From Eledone cirrhosa (Eukaryota): DNA of 64,000 bases. Below, piece by piece: positions 1 to 14,569 of this stretch (position 1 is its first letter; each line of letters opens with the position of its first letter). The notes beneath the pieces are model-generated. The model had not been told where the DNA came from, searched no databases, and saw only the letters and a program-made list of their open reading frames with translations. Made by a program: the position numbers and the translations under genes. The DNA lies in NCBI GenBank assembly GCA_964016885.1, contig OZ024742.1, forward strand, positions 48,360,001 to 48,424,000, read 5' to 3'.

Positions 1-837
1 TGTTTGTGTCCGTTTGCATGTACTTAACTATCTATAAAATATGAGTGTGGTTGTATGAGTATGAATGTCTATACCTTTATATATTTACTTGTGTATTGGT
101 GAGGTTGTGCGTCTCTGCACGACTTTCTCTTTCGTCCGTAAGTCATGTTTCATATTATTGATTCAGTTGATCATAATTAATAATCATGGCGTATTTTCAA
201 ATTCTTTTGAGATTTGAATGAGATAAAATTACGAAAAAATGTTTTTCAAGTATTTTTTTTTATAATTCTGTACACATATTGACAATTTACTTTGCATCAC
301 ATGAATTATTTCAACATTAATGAAGTTTTAAACAAATTATATCTTGGCCTAGACGATATAATTTTAATTCTGTCTTCGTAAATGTAATTTTATTGAACAC
401 ATTCTTACGTTAAATACAAACGCTTTGAATATAAACACACAAATCTATAAATACACCAACACATTGCTAATCATTAAAAAACAAAAAAATTAAATTTGAG
501 CAACAACGAAAATAAAATATATCGTGGATCAGCGACTTAAGAAAATACTTAGCAGAAAGACATAAAATATTTGTATGGAGGAGGAAAGAAGCAACGGTAT
601 CATGATTAAAAAGTGAAGCATTCAGAAACTTTCCCAGTGATATTTTCTACCGGGTGAGAATCACACCCTCCAAACAAATATATTCACATGTCTTGACTGT
701 CGGGGAAAAACCTGCACAACAAAAATGAAGAAGGTTAGTCGAGAAAGTATCAAGTGTAGGAGAAAGACTACGGTCATAATCGAATACGATGTACATCAAG
801 CATTTATGTCTACACACACATATATATATATTTATAT

Positions 838-931
<94 letters not shown>

Positions 932-1993
932 ATAATAATAAATTTGAAGACTAAAATCCAAAGAGGGCTCGATAAGGATAAATATATATAAAATATATAA
1001 GAAACGTAGAGCAAATATTTATTAAAATAACAGATTAAAGTTTAAGCAAAGAACCGCTGCTTTCACCCTTACCTAACAAAGTCAATCTGTAAACGCAGAA
1101 GTGGATATTTCAAAAAACGTTGCTACCGGAGGAAGACAGGAAGACGATACTTTGGTTCGTGGCAACGTTCGCTGGCAAAGAACGGGAAAAAAACGAATAT
1201 TATACGTCATTAATAGGAGCGGTGAAAAACAATTACGCGCAAAGACAGAACCACGTTTATGGTATAAAAGAGGTCGTAGACTAATGTTCACCTAGGTGGT
1301 TCATAGAGACGTTCTCTGGCAATGAACGAAAAAAACGAAGACAATACGTCATGTGTGGAGCGAGGAGAAAAATAGCACGCAAAGACAAAACCACGTAAAT
1401 GGTATATCAGAAGTCGTAAACTAAAATTCTAACTAGGAGACCGAATAAATCTCCGCTACAGAGTTAAGAACAAAGTAAATAAATACAATACAGAAGTAAT
1501 AGAAATAACTAAGTACATACACGCAAACAAATACGTACATACACAAGCATACGCAAAACACAAAAATATAAATATGTGTGTGTGTGTGTGTATGCGTGTA
1601 TACAAATAAATAAATAATTATATAAACGTATATAAATAAATAAATACGTATATAACAAGCGCACACACATACCTATATGTAAATACACGAAAGTTCGGAG
1701 ACGGAAGTCAACCAAAACATGAAGTACACATATACACACACCCTACATACGTACGAACCTGCATACTCACACAGACGCAAAACTCCCGTATACACATAGC
1801 CAAACCATATGTACCAGAATATATTAAATTATACGCCATAACATAAACAATCAAATATACGTACGAGAAGGTATACGTACCTTCACAAAACATACGGCTA
1901 ATATATACTTACCTATGCAAATAAGTAATGGTATAAACAAAACATATACTTAGCTCCCACATCAAGACGTAAAATATCCACGTATAGATCGTA

Positions 1994-3105
1994 CTATCCG
2001 TCAGGGTATAACGTGGGGCTGTAATACAGGAAAGTTTTGTGCAATTTATGTTTACAAGCCGAAATTGCCTCAGATTTTTTGTTTAAGATGTGGTCTGTGG
2101 CGTAGAGTATTTCCAGGGCCTCAGCGGCGCAGAGGTCACATGGTCTTTTATTTCCGTTATACGATCTAGCCCTAGCTAGGATCTCCCAGTGTTACTTATA
2201 TTGGGTGTGGTTGTCTTTTAGACTCCAGATATAAGCTGAAAGTGACGTCATATTCCTTCTTAGAGGGTAACGAAAAGAATGGGTATGTATGTAAAACGCT
2301 GCTTGAATCTATTGGCGGTTAACCCTATGTAGGTCTTACGGGACGTGGGTGTTACAACCTTACATTTGTAGACAATGTTACTAGATAGGCATTTCCGGGA
2401 TAGGGGGCAATCAACCCGATTCCTACAATTACAGTTAGTACTAACTACAGGGTTGTACGTGTTCCTACGGCTAGGTAGTTTAGCTAAATTTGAAGCTGTG
2501 ATGGTATGTGCAGGGTTAGGAGTCGTAGAGTAAGAAATGTTAATAGTATTTCTATTAAAAATGTTACTATATTTATGTGTAGGTGGAAAAAGCTTCGTAA
2601 TAAGGGAAAGAAAGATCTTAGATAATGGTGTGGCCACCTCCATATTATATGGTGGGTTATACCAACAAATGCGACGGGATCTATTTCTCCTAGGTCTATT
2701 TTCGTACTCTGTATATGCTACCTTATCGACAAATCCACTTCGAGCAAGAGCTTCATTGTAATAAGTGGAATGGTCGTTGAAAATACGCTCGTTAGTGGAA
2801 AGACGGGAAAGCCTCAACGAAACGTTTCTTACCAGGTTCTTGGTTATGCTGGCAGAATGGTTGGAATGCTTACTTATGTAATTAAGCGTATCATTCGGCT
2901 TTCTATACGGACAATACAACCCATTCAATAAATTGAGGGTAACGTCGAGGTAATTAACGACTGAGAGATTGGCCTCAACCTGTATAGAGAGGTTGAAGCC
3001 TTTAAAGAAGGCTGTGAGTTCTTTTCTGATCCTGTCGCAAGCACGAGGTCCGCACTTAGTCATGATCAAAAGACTATCGTCACGGTACAAACCACCGCCC
3101 GCATA
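1994..3105 (-). pseudogene. Penelope-like RT (C-terminal half) + GIY-YIG endonuclease, frameshifted
   Basis: ORF 2260-3090 has GLYRDD, VNYLDVTLNL, PYRKPN..YIS..SNH, WYNPPY, CNCRNRVDCPLSRKCLSSNIVY, YIGLT..FKQR. After a frameshift it continues TSLSAYIWSLKD..W.ILARA..CDLC..LNKKSE..ACKH to a TAG at 1994. Confidence 0.92.
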
Positions 3106-3936
3106 GGTAATTATATAATACCCGTATGTTTTGTGAAGGTACGTATACCGTCTCGTACGTATATTTGATTGTTTATGTTATGGCGTATAATTTTATATAT
3201 TCTGGTAAATATGGTTTGGCTATGTGTATACGGCAGTTTTGCGTCTGTGTGAGTATGCAGGTTCGTACGTATGTAGGGTGTGTGTATATGTGTACTTCAT
3301 ATTTTGGTTGACTAACGTCTCCGAACCTTTGTGTATTTACATGTAGGTATGTGTGTGCGCTTGTTATATACGTATTTATTTATTTATATACGTTTATATA
3401 ATTATTTATTTATTTGTATACACGCATACACACACACACATATTTATATGTGCGTGGTTTTGTATACCTATGGTAATTGTTTTGCGTATGCTTGTGTATG
3501 TACGTATTTGTTTGCGTGTATGTATTTATTTATTTCTATTACTTCTGTATTGTATTTATTTACTTTGTTCTTAACTCTGTAGCGGAGATTTATTCGGTCT
3601 CCTAGTTAGAATTTTAGTCTACGACTTCTGATATACCATTTACGTGGTTTTGTCTTTGCGTGCTATTGTTCTCCACGCTCCACATATGACGTATTATCTT
3701 CGTTTTTTTCGTTCATTGCCAGAGAACGTCGTCTACGACCTCTTTTATACCATAAACGTGGTTCTGTCTTTGCGCGTAATTGTTTTTCACCGCTCCTATT
3801 AATGACGTATAATATTCGTTTTTTCCCGTTCTTTGCCAGCGAACGTTGCCACGAACCAAAGTATCGTCTTCCTGTCTTCCTCCGGTTGCAACGTTTTTTG
3901 ATATATCCACTTCTGCGTTTACAGATTGGCTTTGTT

Positions 3937-3987
3937 AGTTTCAGAAGATCCCGTTAAGGGAGAAAGCAGCGGTTCTTTGCTTAAACT
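3937..3987 (+). ncRNA. Hammerhead-like ribozyme, type I, variant core CAGAAGA (U4A)
   Basis: AGTTT-CAGAAGA-TCCC gttaa GGGA-GAAA-GCA gcggttctt TGC-TT-AAACT: stems I, II and III all pair. The same motif occurs at 33299, 46688, 51480 (+) and 33247-33297 (-). Confidence 0.6.
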
Positions 3988-4003
3988 TTAATCTGTTATT
4001 TTA

Positions 4004-4143
<140 letters not shown>

Positions 4144-4272
4144 GTATTTATATATATATATACACATAGCGTAAGGTCTTCGAAATGCTTTTACTTAAGC
4201 ATAGAGTGTATTGCAAAATACACTATATATATATAGTCATATATATATATATATATAATCATAATAATAATA

Positions 4273-4453
4273 ATTGTTTCTACTTTAGGCACAAGGCCAG
4301 CAATTACCCAGTACATTACTGGTACTTTATTTTATCGACCCCGTAAGGATGGAAGGCAAAGTTAACCTCGGCGGGTTTGAACTCAGACTGTAAACGGACG
4401 TAACTATGCTAGAAACCATGGCGTCCAACCCTCTACCGATACTGCCAATTCCC
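4273..4453 (-). mobile_element. tRNA-derived SINE (MetaSINE-like core)
   Basis: Reverse complement has a B-box-like GAGTTCAAACCC, then gccttccatccttacggggtcgataaa and a ggccttgtgcctaaagtagaaac tail. Homologous to 40346-40535. Confidence 0.75.
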
Positions 4454-5067
4454 AATAATAATAATACTATTTATATTTATATACACGCTATATATAATTA
4501 TAAACAGGAAAGGTCAGTAATTCATTACTACCTTATTACCAGTAAGAAAAATAGCTCAATGTAAATACATCAGATGTTTTACAGAGCAAGAATATAAATT
4601 ACACAATAATCACACGACAATCACTACTTTTAATACACAAACATCTTTGATTAATATGGTTGTAAACCTGTGTTATATTATGTGATAAAGTTGCCATACT
4701 GTAATATATATGCCTAGTACCATTGCTTGTTTCCTACCTAGCTATCCTGTACACGCCTAAAACATTTGCACTCTCTATACGCTTGCATATGTACTGCTAA
4801 TGTCCTCGTTTTGTGAGTAACTTTCTGCCTTAATGCCTCTTTAATTATTATACTATTCTCTTGTAATCTCTGTCACATCCTCTCCATTCTGTAAATATGA
4901 AACTGTTGATGACAACATTAATATATATGTATCCATACGATTTTTCTGTCGAATAAGAAGTTAATCATATGTCTTAACTCTGCTAGTGCTCCGATGATAC
5001 CAAACGAAAATTTGGAAGTAACGATTGTCAGCAATAATATGTTTTGAACATAGTTTTGATTATTGTG

Positions 5068-6348
<1,281 letters not shown>

Positions 6349-6366
6349 TATATACACACACACCCC

Positions 6367-6400
<34 letters not shown>

Positions 6401-7249
6401 ATCATTAACATAACTAGTATTTACCACTGATAACTTCCTGGCATACTCTGCTTTCCCGACCAACTGTACTGATTCTTCTGCTCACCTGGGGCATGAACCT
6501 GTGAATGTTTCCTGGGGGGCTTGAAAATAATAGAAATGTATATATTCCCGGTATGAGATTTTACTCGGAACTGTTCGAGGGTTTATGAACCTGCGGTGAC
6601 TGTGAAGCAATTATTTTAGTAGCTAACGAAAGACGAGCCACACTCATTTCTCTACATCACAAACACAGTGATAGAATACAATATTTATTATGACTATCAA
6701 AGATATATTTATTATTTACATAAATGCTTCCTTCTTATTCCTTAATTAAATCTTTCAATTTTAAACTTGAATTTTACATTTTAAATCTTTAAACTTTTTA
6801 GTTTCTAGTTCTGAATTTACACCTGTCCACTATATATTTATAGAAATTCAGGCTGACCCTAACTGAACATGTTTATCTGTAACCTGATCCCCTTTACCAC
6901 TAGCATGTGTCCAAACTGCCGTGAGTGGCTGTGGTAGTAGTAGGCCTACTACGTATGCAACTCCTTAACCCTGCCAGCAGGGTAGGAGTAGTATGCACAC
7001 TAAGCATACAGCCCCCAAACCAAATCGGCAAGGCGAATTAGATTAGAATCCCCTCTCGAAGGAGATCAGCCAAATTGGCAACGACTGACCCTAACAGCCT
7101 TCGAGTCATAAAGGTTTTTCTCTGTCTTTTTTTAGCCTCATGGATTGTGTGTACCATTTATTATATAACCTTTATGAGATAAAAACCTCATTATGTCACC
7201 AGGACCTTACGGAACTCTGTCACTGAAATGTACATAGTGTTTGCTATAA

Positions 7250-7567
<318 letters not shown>

Positions 7568-7856
7568 ATACATTTGTAAGTTTGAAGAATTATTAGATAA
7601 AATATATCCAGTCTTTCTTCACCGTAGTCCGTAGAGATCAACTAGATAAATAATCATTTAAACGAGGCTATAAGTTTAAAAAAATGTAACTATGAAGAAA
7701 TAATAGAGAAATGATACAGGAACAGTCAGATAAAATTCATCTAGTCATTCCTTTTAGCCCGTAGACATTAACTAGACAAATAATCAATTAAACGGAGTTA
7801 AGTCTAAAATATAAGTTAGAAGAAAAAATGCATATAAACTTTACCGAAATTCCTCT

Positions 7857-7939
7857 AGTCCCGACTATCAACAGTTTCGCTCGTACTTTATGAATATATC
7901 CTGGTAATATCCATGAGACTTCGAGCTTATCAAGAGACT
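7857..7939 (-). ncRNA. Type I hammerhead ribozyme with U3-A8 covariant core (UUGAUAA)
   Basis: Minus strand: AGTCTC-TTGATAA-GCTCG..long loop..CGAGC-GAAA-CTGT tg ATAG-TC-GGGACT. Lies in a repeat (~7620-8130) related to 23740-24285 and 48850-49450. Confidence 0.7.
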
Positions 7940-8184
7940 CGCTCAAGTTTGGACTAAAATTTCCACAGTGATCACTGCCAGAAAGGAATTCAAAAATAGC
8001 TAAGAATCCTCACATGGCCAGTGGTCAAAGTAAAGAGTTGTGAATGGTGTCCAGATGGCAGGTAGGCTGGCTGCTAGAATGCGCAGCCAGATACTGCCTA
8101 AAGTTTTACTCTACCGTACGGGAGTATATATTAAATATATAGGGATATATGTTTATATTTAGACATATATTTAGACATAGTCAC

Positions 8185-8484
8185 AGATACGTATATGAGT
8201 GTGTCTACAGAGGGTACTTGCAGAAACATGATAACAACATACATAGGCGAGACAGCTCATAGCATAGTTGAAAGGATAGACCAACATTGGGGGAACTAAA
8301 AGGAAGAAAAAAGGGTTCAGTACTATACGAACACGCCAGACAACAACATGACTGTAACAGAGACAACATAGAAATTAAAATAATATCTAAACATAGAAAT
8401 TACCCAGCAGATAGGCAAATCAGAGAGGCCAGTGAAATAGAACTTAGAAGGCCAAAGCTAAACAGAAAAAAAAAAATGGAATAA
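8185..8484 (+). pseudogene. GIY-YIG endonuclease C-terminus of a second PLE clade, followed by its 3' UTR/pLTR (8485-9035)
   Basis: CVY..YIGETAHSIVERIDQH..SVLYEHARQQH..DRQIREASEIELRRPKLNRK. The downstream 8720-9035 matches the repeat family at 33660-34450. Confidence 0.75.
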
Positions 8485-9111
8485 CAACAACACCCAAACA
8501 AACAATACTGACCTAAGAGAAATATTAATATATAAATAAATATATACACAAGCGCAATATCAACAAACACATATAAACACACACTAGTAAACTAACATAG
8601 AATACAATAACCAAAACACAGTCACCCAAACGCGAACACACATCAAACACTATACGCACACGCAAACGCATGCGCAGAGAAGAAGACAAAAATAAATAAA
8701 TAAATAAATAGATTAAATAAAGATGGCGTAGACATACAATACAACAGGAGGAAATAGTACCACTGACGATGTTGCAGCGAAATAACTTTGTTAGACTATA
8801 TATATATGTGTTTGTGTCTATATTATATCTGTATTTTTGACCGTTGGTCAGTCAATGGTAGACATTGAGGACCGAATAAATTAACCGATATAACATATAC
8901 AGAAGCGAAAACCAACCACACAGTGAGTGTGTTCTGTTGTTAATTCTGGGAATATTATTACAACAATATGACCCTCCCCAAGTATAACAATATTTGTTTC
9001 GACACACGATTTCATATCAAAAACTTCGCAAAACAAATATATATATATATATAATCGCATATTTTTAAATGCTTGATTTTGTATCGTCGTGTGTATTTCA
9101 ATTGATTAATG

Positions 9112-9185
<74 letters not shown>

Positions 9186-9774
9186 CACACACACACACAC
9201 ACATAAGCGTCTTCGTGTCTGTGTTAGAATTGGTTTGTGTGCCTTTGCATGTGTGTATAGAGGTACATTTTTTCACGTAGACGATTTAGATGCGTTTATT
9301 AGATGGATTATATAGACACAATTATAATAAGGCTAACAGAAATATCTAACTTTGATCGTCTGTGTATTACCGTTTCATGTGATATGTTTGTTAATGTTTA
9401 TACCACAATTTACATAGAATCTGTAGGGCCGTACAACAATTATGAGATTCTAATTCTCCTTCACTCAAAAACTCAAAATGTTAGTGACTGTCATGTTACG
9501 ACATTTTCTTTTATTTTATTTATTTTAGAGATTTACTATTTAATGAGAAAATATTTTTGTAATGAGCTGCAAATCCCTATCTGATACCAACGCTTCACTT
9601 CAAACGTTGCTTGCCGTTAATGACCAGTCAATCAAATATGTTTTTAAGGTTCAAACATACAAACAATGAGAATATCATTGAACTGAGAATATGGTAAAAT
9701 CTCATATATTTATCATTGTCAATTGAGACATTGATGAGAACTTTTTCCATCTTGAAAGACATTCGGAAATATGT

Positions 9775-9819
<45 letters not shown>

Positions 9820-9826
<7 letters not shown>

Positions 9827-10250
9827 TTGGTGCTCTGAAATAGCGATATATATATGAATATATATATAGTGTATTTTGCAATACACTGTATGCGTATTTA
9901 AAAGCATTTCGAAGACCTTATGCTATTGTTTTAGAGTAGTGACAGTCTCACTTACTTTAATTTTCAGCAAACAGGGGAGATAAAGCTGACAGAACTCTGT
10001 TTCGCTTTTTTTATGCTTATCAAAGCTAACTACTACTCCTGTTTGCCTTCGAAATGCTTTTAATTAAGCATACAGTGTATTTCAAAATACACTATATATA
10101 CATTCATATATATCGCTATTTCAGAGCACAATTCTAATTTTCAATTTCTGCTTGAGCGGCAACCACTCTGTATAATCAGTTCCTGATTATTACTAGAATT
10201 CTATAAGAATCAAACATTCATGATTTTCAGCAAACAGGAGGAGTAGTTAG
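9820..10250. mobile_element. Nested fold-back mini-element next to (TA)n
   Basis: 9825-9912 is the reverse complement of 10047-10135. Both arms carry GAAA-TGCTT..AAGCA-TA (hammerhead 3' half), which is also seen at 4180-4225. Confidence 0.65.
9984..10027 (-). ncRNA. Minimal type I hammerhead ribozyme with U3-A8 core
   Basis: Minus strand: AGCT-TTGATAA-GC ataaaaaaa GC-GAAA-CAG agtt CTG-TC-AGCT. Confidence 0.6.
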
Positions 10251-10790
10251 CTTTGAGGTCTGTACAGGAATATGGGATTGATGGTCAACTTCTTGATGCC
10301 CTGGTGAATTTATGTGAATACCCCTGTATTTGTGTTCGTATACATGGTGCTAAATGGAAACCATTGAATGTGAGTGTCTGACTTCGCCAAGTTTGCATAG
10401 TGTCACCTCTCTTGTTCATTATTTGCATGAACAGTATTGACATGCACAGTGGGGTTGGAAGTGGTATCATTACTGGCAGGTGTTAAATCTGTCAGCTGAA
10501 ATTTGTAGACCACATGTTGCTACTTAACTCGACAGAAGATGATCTTCGATTTACATATGTCTGATCCAAGTGCTGCATGGCTGGAATGAATATCATGCTA
10601 CGAAAACTGAGACACTAGTCCTCCCAATGAAGCGTGCGCAGTGCACTACTTGTGAATGGAGTTCCATTGTCTTGAAGATATTCAAGTATCTCGGGGAAGT
10701 GTTCAGGAGTGATCGAAGGTAGGAGGCTGAATTAAGTGGAAGGATTGCTAAAGTTGGTGCAGTAATGTGCCTGCTTCAACATTCAGCGAT
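10250..10790 (+). pseudogene. Non-LTR retrotransposon (RTE-like) reverse transcriptase fragment
   Basis: Manual translation: QEYGIDGQLLDALVNL..CVRIHG..LRQVCIVSPLLFIICM, a decayed FADD (FVDH), and FKYLG..ELSGRIAKVGAV, with stops and frameshifts. Confidence 0.75.
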
Positions 10791-10791
10791 C

Positions 10792-10921
10792 AGAAGAAGA
10801 AGAAGAAGAAGAAGAAGAAGAAGAAGAAGAAGAAGAAGAAGAAGAAGAAGAAGAAGAAGAAGAAGAAGAAGAAGAAGAAGAAGAAGAAGAAGAAGAAGAA
10901 GAAGAAGAAGAAGAAGAAGAA
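10792..10921 (+). repeat. (GAA)n trinucleotide microsatellite, ~43 units
   Basis: Uninterrupted agaagaaga run. Confidence 0.97.
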
Positions 10922-12609
10922 TATTCAGTCAATCAATCGAATCAACGGAACACGGATCGTCGATATCAATAGAAGCCCATTCCATATAATTTAGTACTCA
11001 TTTTATGGTTACTGGAAGGATTGGAGTGGCGTAACGAAAACATAGTCGGTATTTAGATAGAAATATCATCTAGTATTTCATCCATTTTGTTGTTTCCTGC
11101 AAAGAAGATACTATTGAATTAGAAACATAATACAGAATATTTAAGTGACTGAGAATATAACGATTAACCCTTAAGTGAAGATAGACAATATAAAATGAGT
11201 AAGTAGCAAAAAGCAAATATGGGAATAAATGCAGATATAAATCCGTATTTGTGTTAGAGTTATGTTTCCCTCAAATTTATGAGTTATATGGGATACCACC
11301 ATACCAAATTAGAACACGAGATCTCAGTAGATAACATAATTAAGGATCCTATCCACACATAGATCTGACGCAAAACCCAGACAAATTACTGAGGCGACAG
11401 ACAATAGAAAAGGACCCCGCCTGAACAGAAGACACAAATAGTAATGGCAAAAGGCATATCGACTGAAGATAGAATATGAAACAGAGAGAAGAAAGACAAA
11501 AAAGAAACAAACATTGAAACAGCTCAGCTTATGGTGAAAACCCACACACACTCAAAACGCACATAAACATAACGAACATAAAACCACAAACACACAGAAG
11601 AAAGCGCAGGCACAAACGCTTAAAAACACGAAAAATACAAAAAAACGCACGACAAACAGAAATAACGATATAACGACAAAAATAAATAGAAATAGATAAG
11701 AAGAGCCACAAAACAAAGCTATAGTAATTGAAGAAGTCACAGATGTGTGTGACGCAAGTGCTTTAACGGAAGAATAAAGATAAAATTAAAGTAATATGGT
11801 GCATGTGCTCAATTGTCGAAAAGGCCGGAGCTCAGCCGTCGGGGTACTGAATCATTTCCTATACACATACGTACACACACACACAAACACACACACACAT
11901 ACACACACATATATATATATATATATATACACACACACTTTTTTTTTTTTTTGCGTGTGTTTATTTTTATGTATCTGTATATGTATATTATTGTATGTGC
12001 ATGTCTAGGCTCCCTTTTTGGACATACAGTTGTAAACACGTGTACATGTGCTTTTCATTTAAATCTGTAATGGTGGAAACTAACACTTCTAAAATGACCA
12101 CAAACATTCGATAAATATAGATTTGTTTTAAAAACAGAGCAGCAGAATCATGAAAAAGGAATTGTTTGGCAAGCGTCCTTGCTCAACACGGAAAATATCA
12201 AAATGGTCATAACTATGTTATGAAGCCGTTTATCAAATTAACTGGCTTATGTTGAATCTCTATTTCAAACTTCAAAAATATTTTATCACTCTCTTACAGA
12301 TGGCGTCTGCTTGCAGAAGTTGTGTCTGAAATAAGCAAAGAAGATACAAAGATCATTAAAGTTGAACATTTTGACAACTTCCTAGCGAAACAGACAGTGA
12401 AGAAAAAAGCTGTAACCCTATATATTATGTTTTCAGGGCAAAATATTTGGAGTGAGAGGTGATGCGACCTCGAAGTCATTCCTACGGCAGCAACGTATTC
12501 GGTCTGGCAATCATTCGTGGCAATGCTTTGTCTGTCAGTATTTTTGCTGCAATATGTATGGCCAACAAACAAAACCCACTCTCTCTCTATCCTTCCCTCC
12601 TTATGAATA

Positions 12610-12779
<170 letters not shown>

Positions 12780-12889
12780 TATATATGTATAATATATATA
12801 TATATATATAGACATATATATATATGTATAATATATATATATACATATCATATATATATATATATATCATATATATATATATATATATT

Positions 12890-13175
12890 CATATCTGTGT
12901 TAGGTATTTCCGAAGAAAAAAGCAAAGGAAAAAAGAGTGCTCTATGTATAGAACAGAGCTATTTAATTAGAAGGTGAACAACACAATATATAACTACTCC
13001 ATTACCAAAGGTTTCAGGACCCTAGACAATATTAAAATACGTCTAGATCGTTCATCAGACAAATATGTTATCTGATGAACTATCTAGACCTATTTTTATA
13101 TTGTCTAGGGTCCTGAAACCTTTGGTAATGTAGTAGTTATATATTGTGTTGTCCACTTTCTAATTGAATATATAT

Positions 13176-13180
<5 letters not shown>
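12890..13180. mobile_element. Short palindromic PLE-derived element with hammerhead core in both arms and an asymmetric tail
   Basis: 12960-13060 is the reverse complement of 13070-13170. CTGATGA..CTAGAC..GTCTAG..GAAA-CC ttt GG-TA at 13072-13127; the tail 12890-12960 is unpaired; (TA)n on both sides. Confidence 0.75.
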
Positions 13181-13225
<45 letters not shown>

Positions 13226-13229
<4 letters not shown>

Positions 13230-13919
13230 TTAATATAGATGAGATTCTACAGGACTAGAACTGTTTCATTCATTAGAAATCATCAGGAATCTGGGTATCA
13301 AAAAATAAATATGGTATTTATAGGTCTCTACAAGTGGTAGGAGAGGGTGGGGAGTGGGATGGGTGCAGGTCATTGGTTGATAGAAAAGGGAATTCATTAA
13401 AAGCTAATTCTTCAAAGCTATAGTTAATTTTTATTTTTATTTATATTTATTTATGTTTTTAGAGTAACAAAGGATATGGAGCATGACTGACCCCCCCACT
13501 GATTTTATAGACATCTGTTAGCTTAAGAGAAACTTATTGACAAGGAATGGTATGCCATCCGGAACCTGTTTATAGAATTCTGTCTGCCTTTGTTACTCTA
13601 AAAACATAAAAAAAAAATAAAAACATAAATAAATATAAATAAAAATAAAAATTAACTATAGCTTTGTAGAATTAGCTTTTAATGAATTCCCTTTTCTATC
13701 AACCAATGACCTGCACCCATCCCACTCCCCACCCTCTCCTACCACTTGTAGAGACCTATAAATACCATATTTATTTTTGAATACCCAGATTCCTGATGAT
13801 TTCTAATGAATGAAACAGTTCTAGTCCTGTAGAATCTCATCTATATTAAAACTGTTATACTCTGCTATGTATTGAGTACCTTACTTACTGTGGTTACCTC
13901 CGATTCAACCCGGAATAAC

Positions 13920-13920
<1 letters not shown>
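13226..13920 (+). mobile_element. Fold-back PLE pLTR element (family E); third copy at 38936-39300 (-)
   Basis: 13226-13472 is the reverse complement of 13588-13853. A tail runs 13853-13920, then (TA)n. Confidence 0.8.
13787..13837 (+). ncRNA. Type I hammerhead ribozyme (mirror copies 13242-13292 and 38952-39002 on minus strand)
   Basis: AGATTC-CTGATGA-tTTC taat GAAt-GAAA-CAG ttctagtc CTG-TA-GAATCT; GUA cleavage triplet. Confidence 0.8.
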
Positions 13921-13956
<36 letters not shown>

Positions 13957-14569
13957 TCGGTTTGTTGGCTCACCACTGGATAGAATTGTTCATACCGTAT
14001 GGTCAATTTTGGTGTAATATTGTGGAGAGTACTCAACGTAGTGCAGTTCACCCGTCTTCGCCTGTGTAGTTGGTGGTGCGAATACGGAGTTAATTATAAA
14101 TAAATATCACGGGAGGCTGGACTGGTGTAAATCCTTGAAAGGTTTATTATACTATGATCATTTCAATGACCGGGTTCCATATGCATCCGGTGATAATATC
14201 AGGTATTCGAAATATAACAAAGGAAGATGTAAAAACCATGGGTCCGAAAAATCAGAGACAGAGAGGACGTCTGACCAACTAGCTGTCTTCAGCTCGGCCA
14301 GTCGTCCTCGTCTTCTGTTCAATCTTGACATTCCCGTTTCTTCTGAATACACATAATTCAATGATCTACACTTGCAGGTATTTCTGAATAAAATGTAATG
14401 TCCTATAAGTGTTGTTCGCCTAAATCTCGATAATATTATACAAACATAATGTCAATAACACCAACTTAATATCGCTGTTCGATGATTATAGTTTCATCGA
14501 TTTCGAGACGTTTGAGGACGACTGGCCGAGGTGAAGACCTGATCGAGTTGAAAACTGTTCTGCATATTG

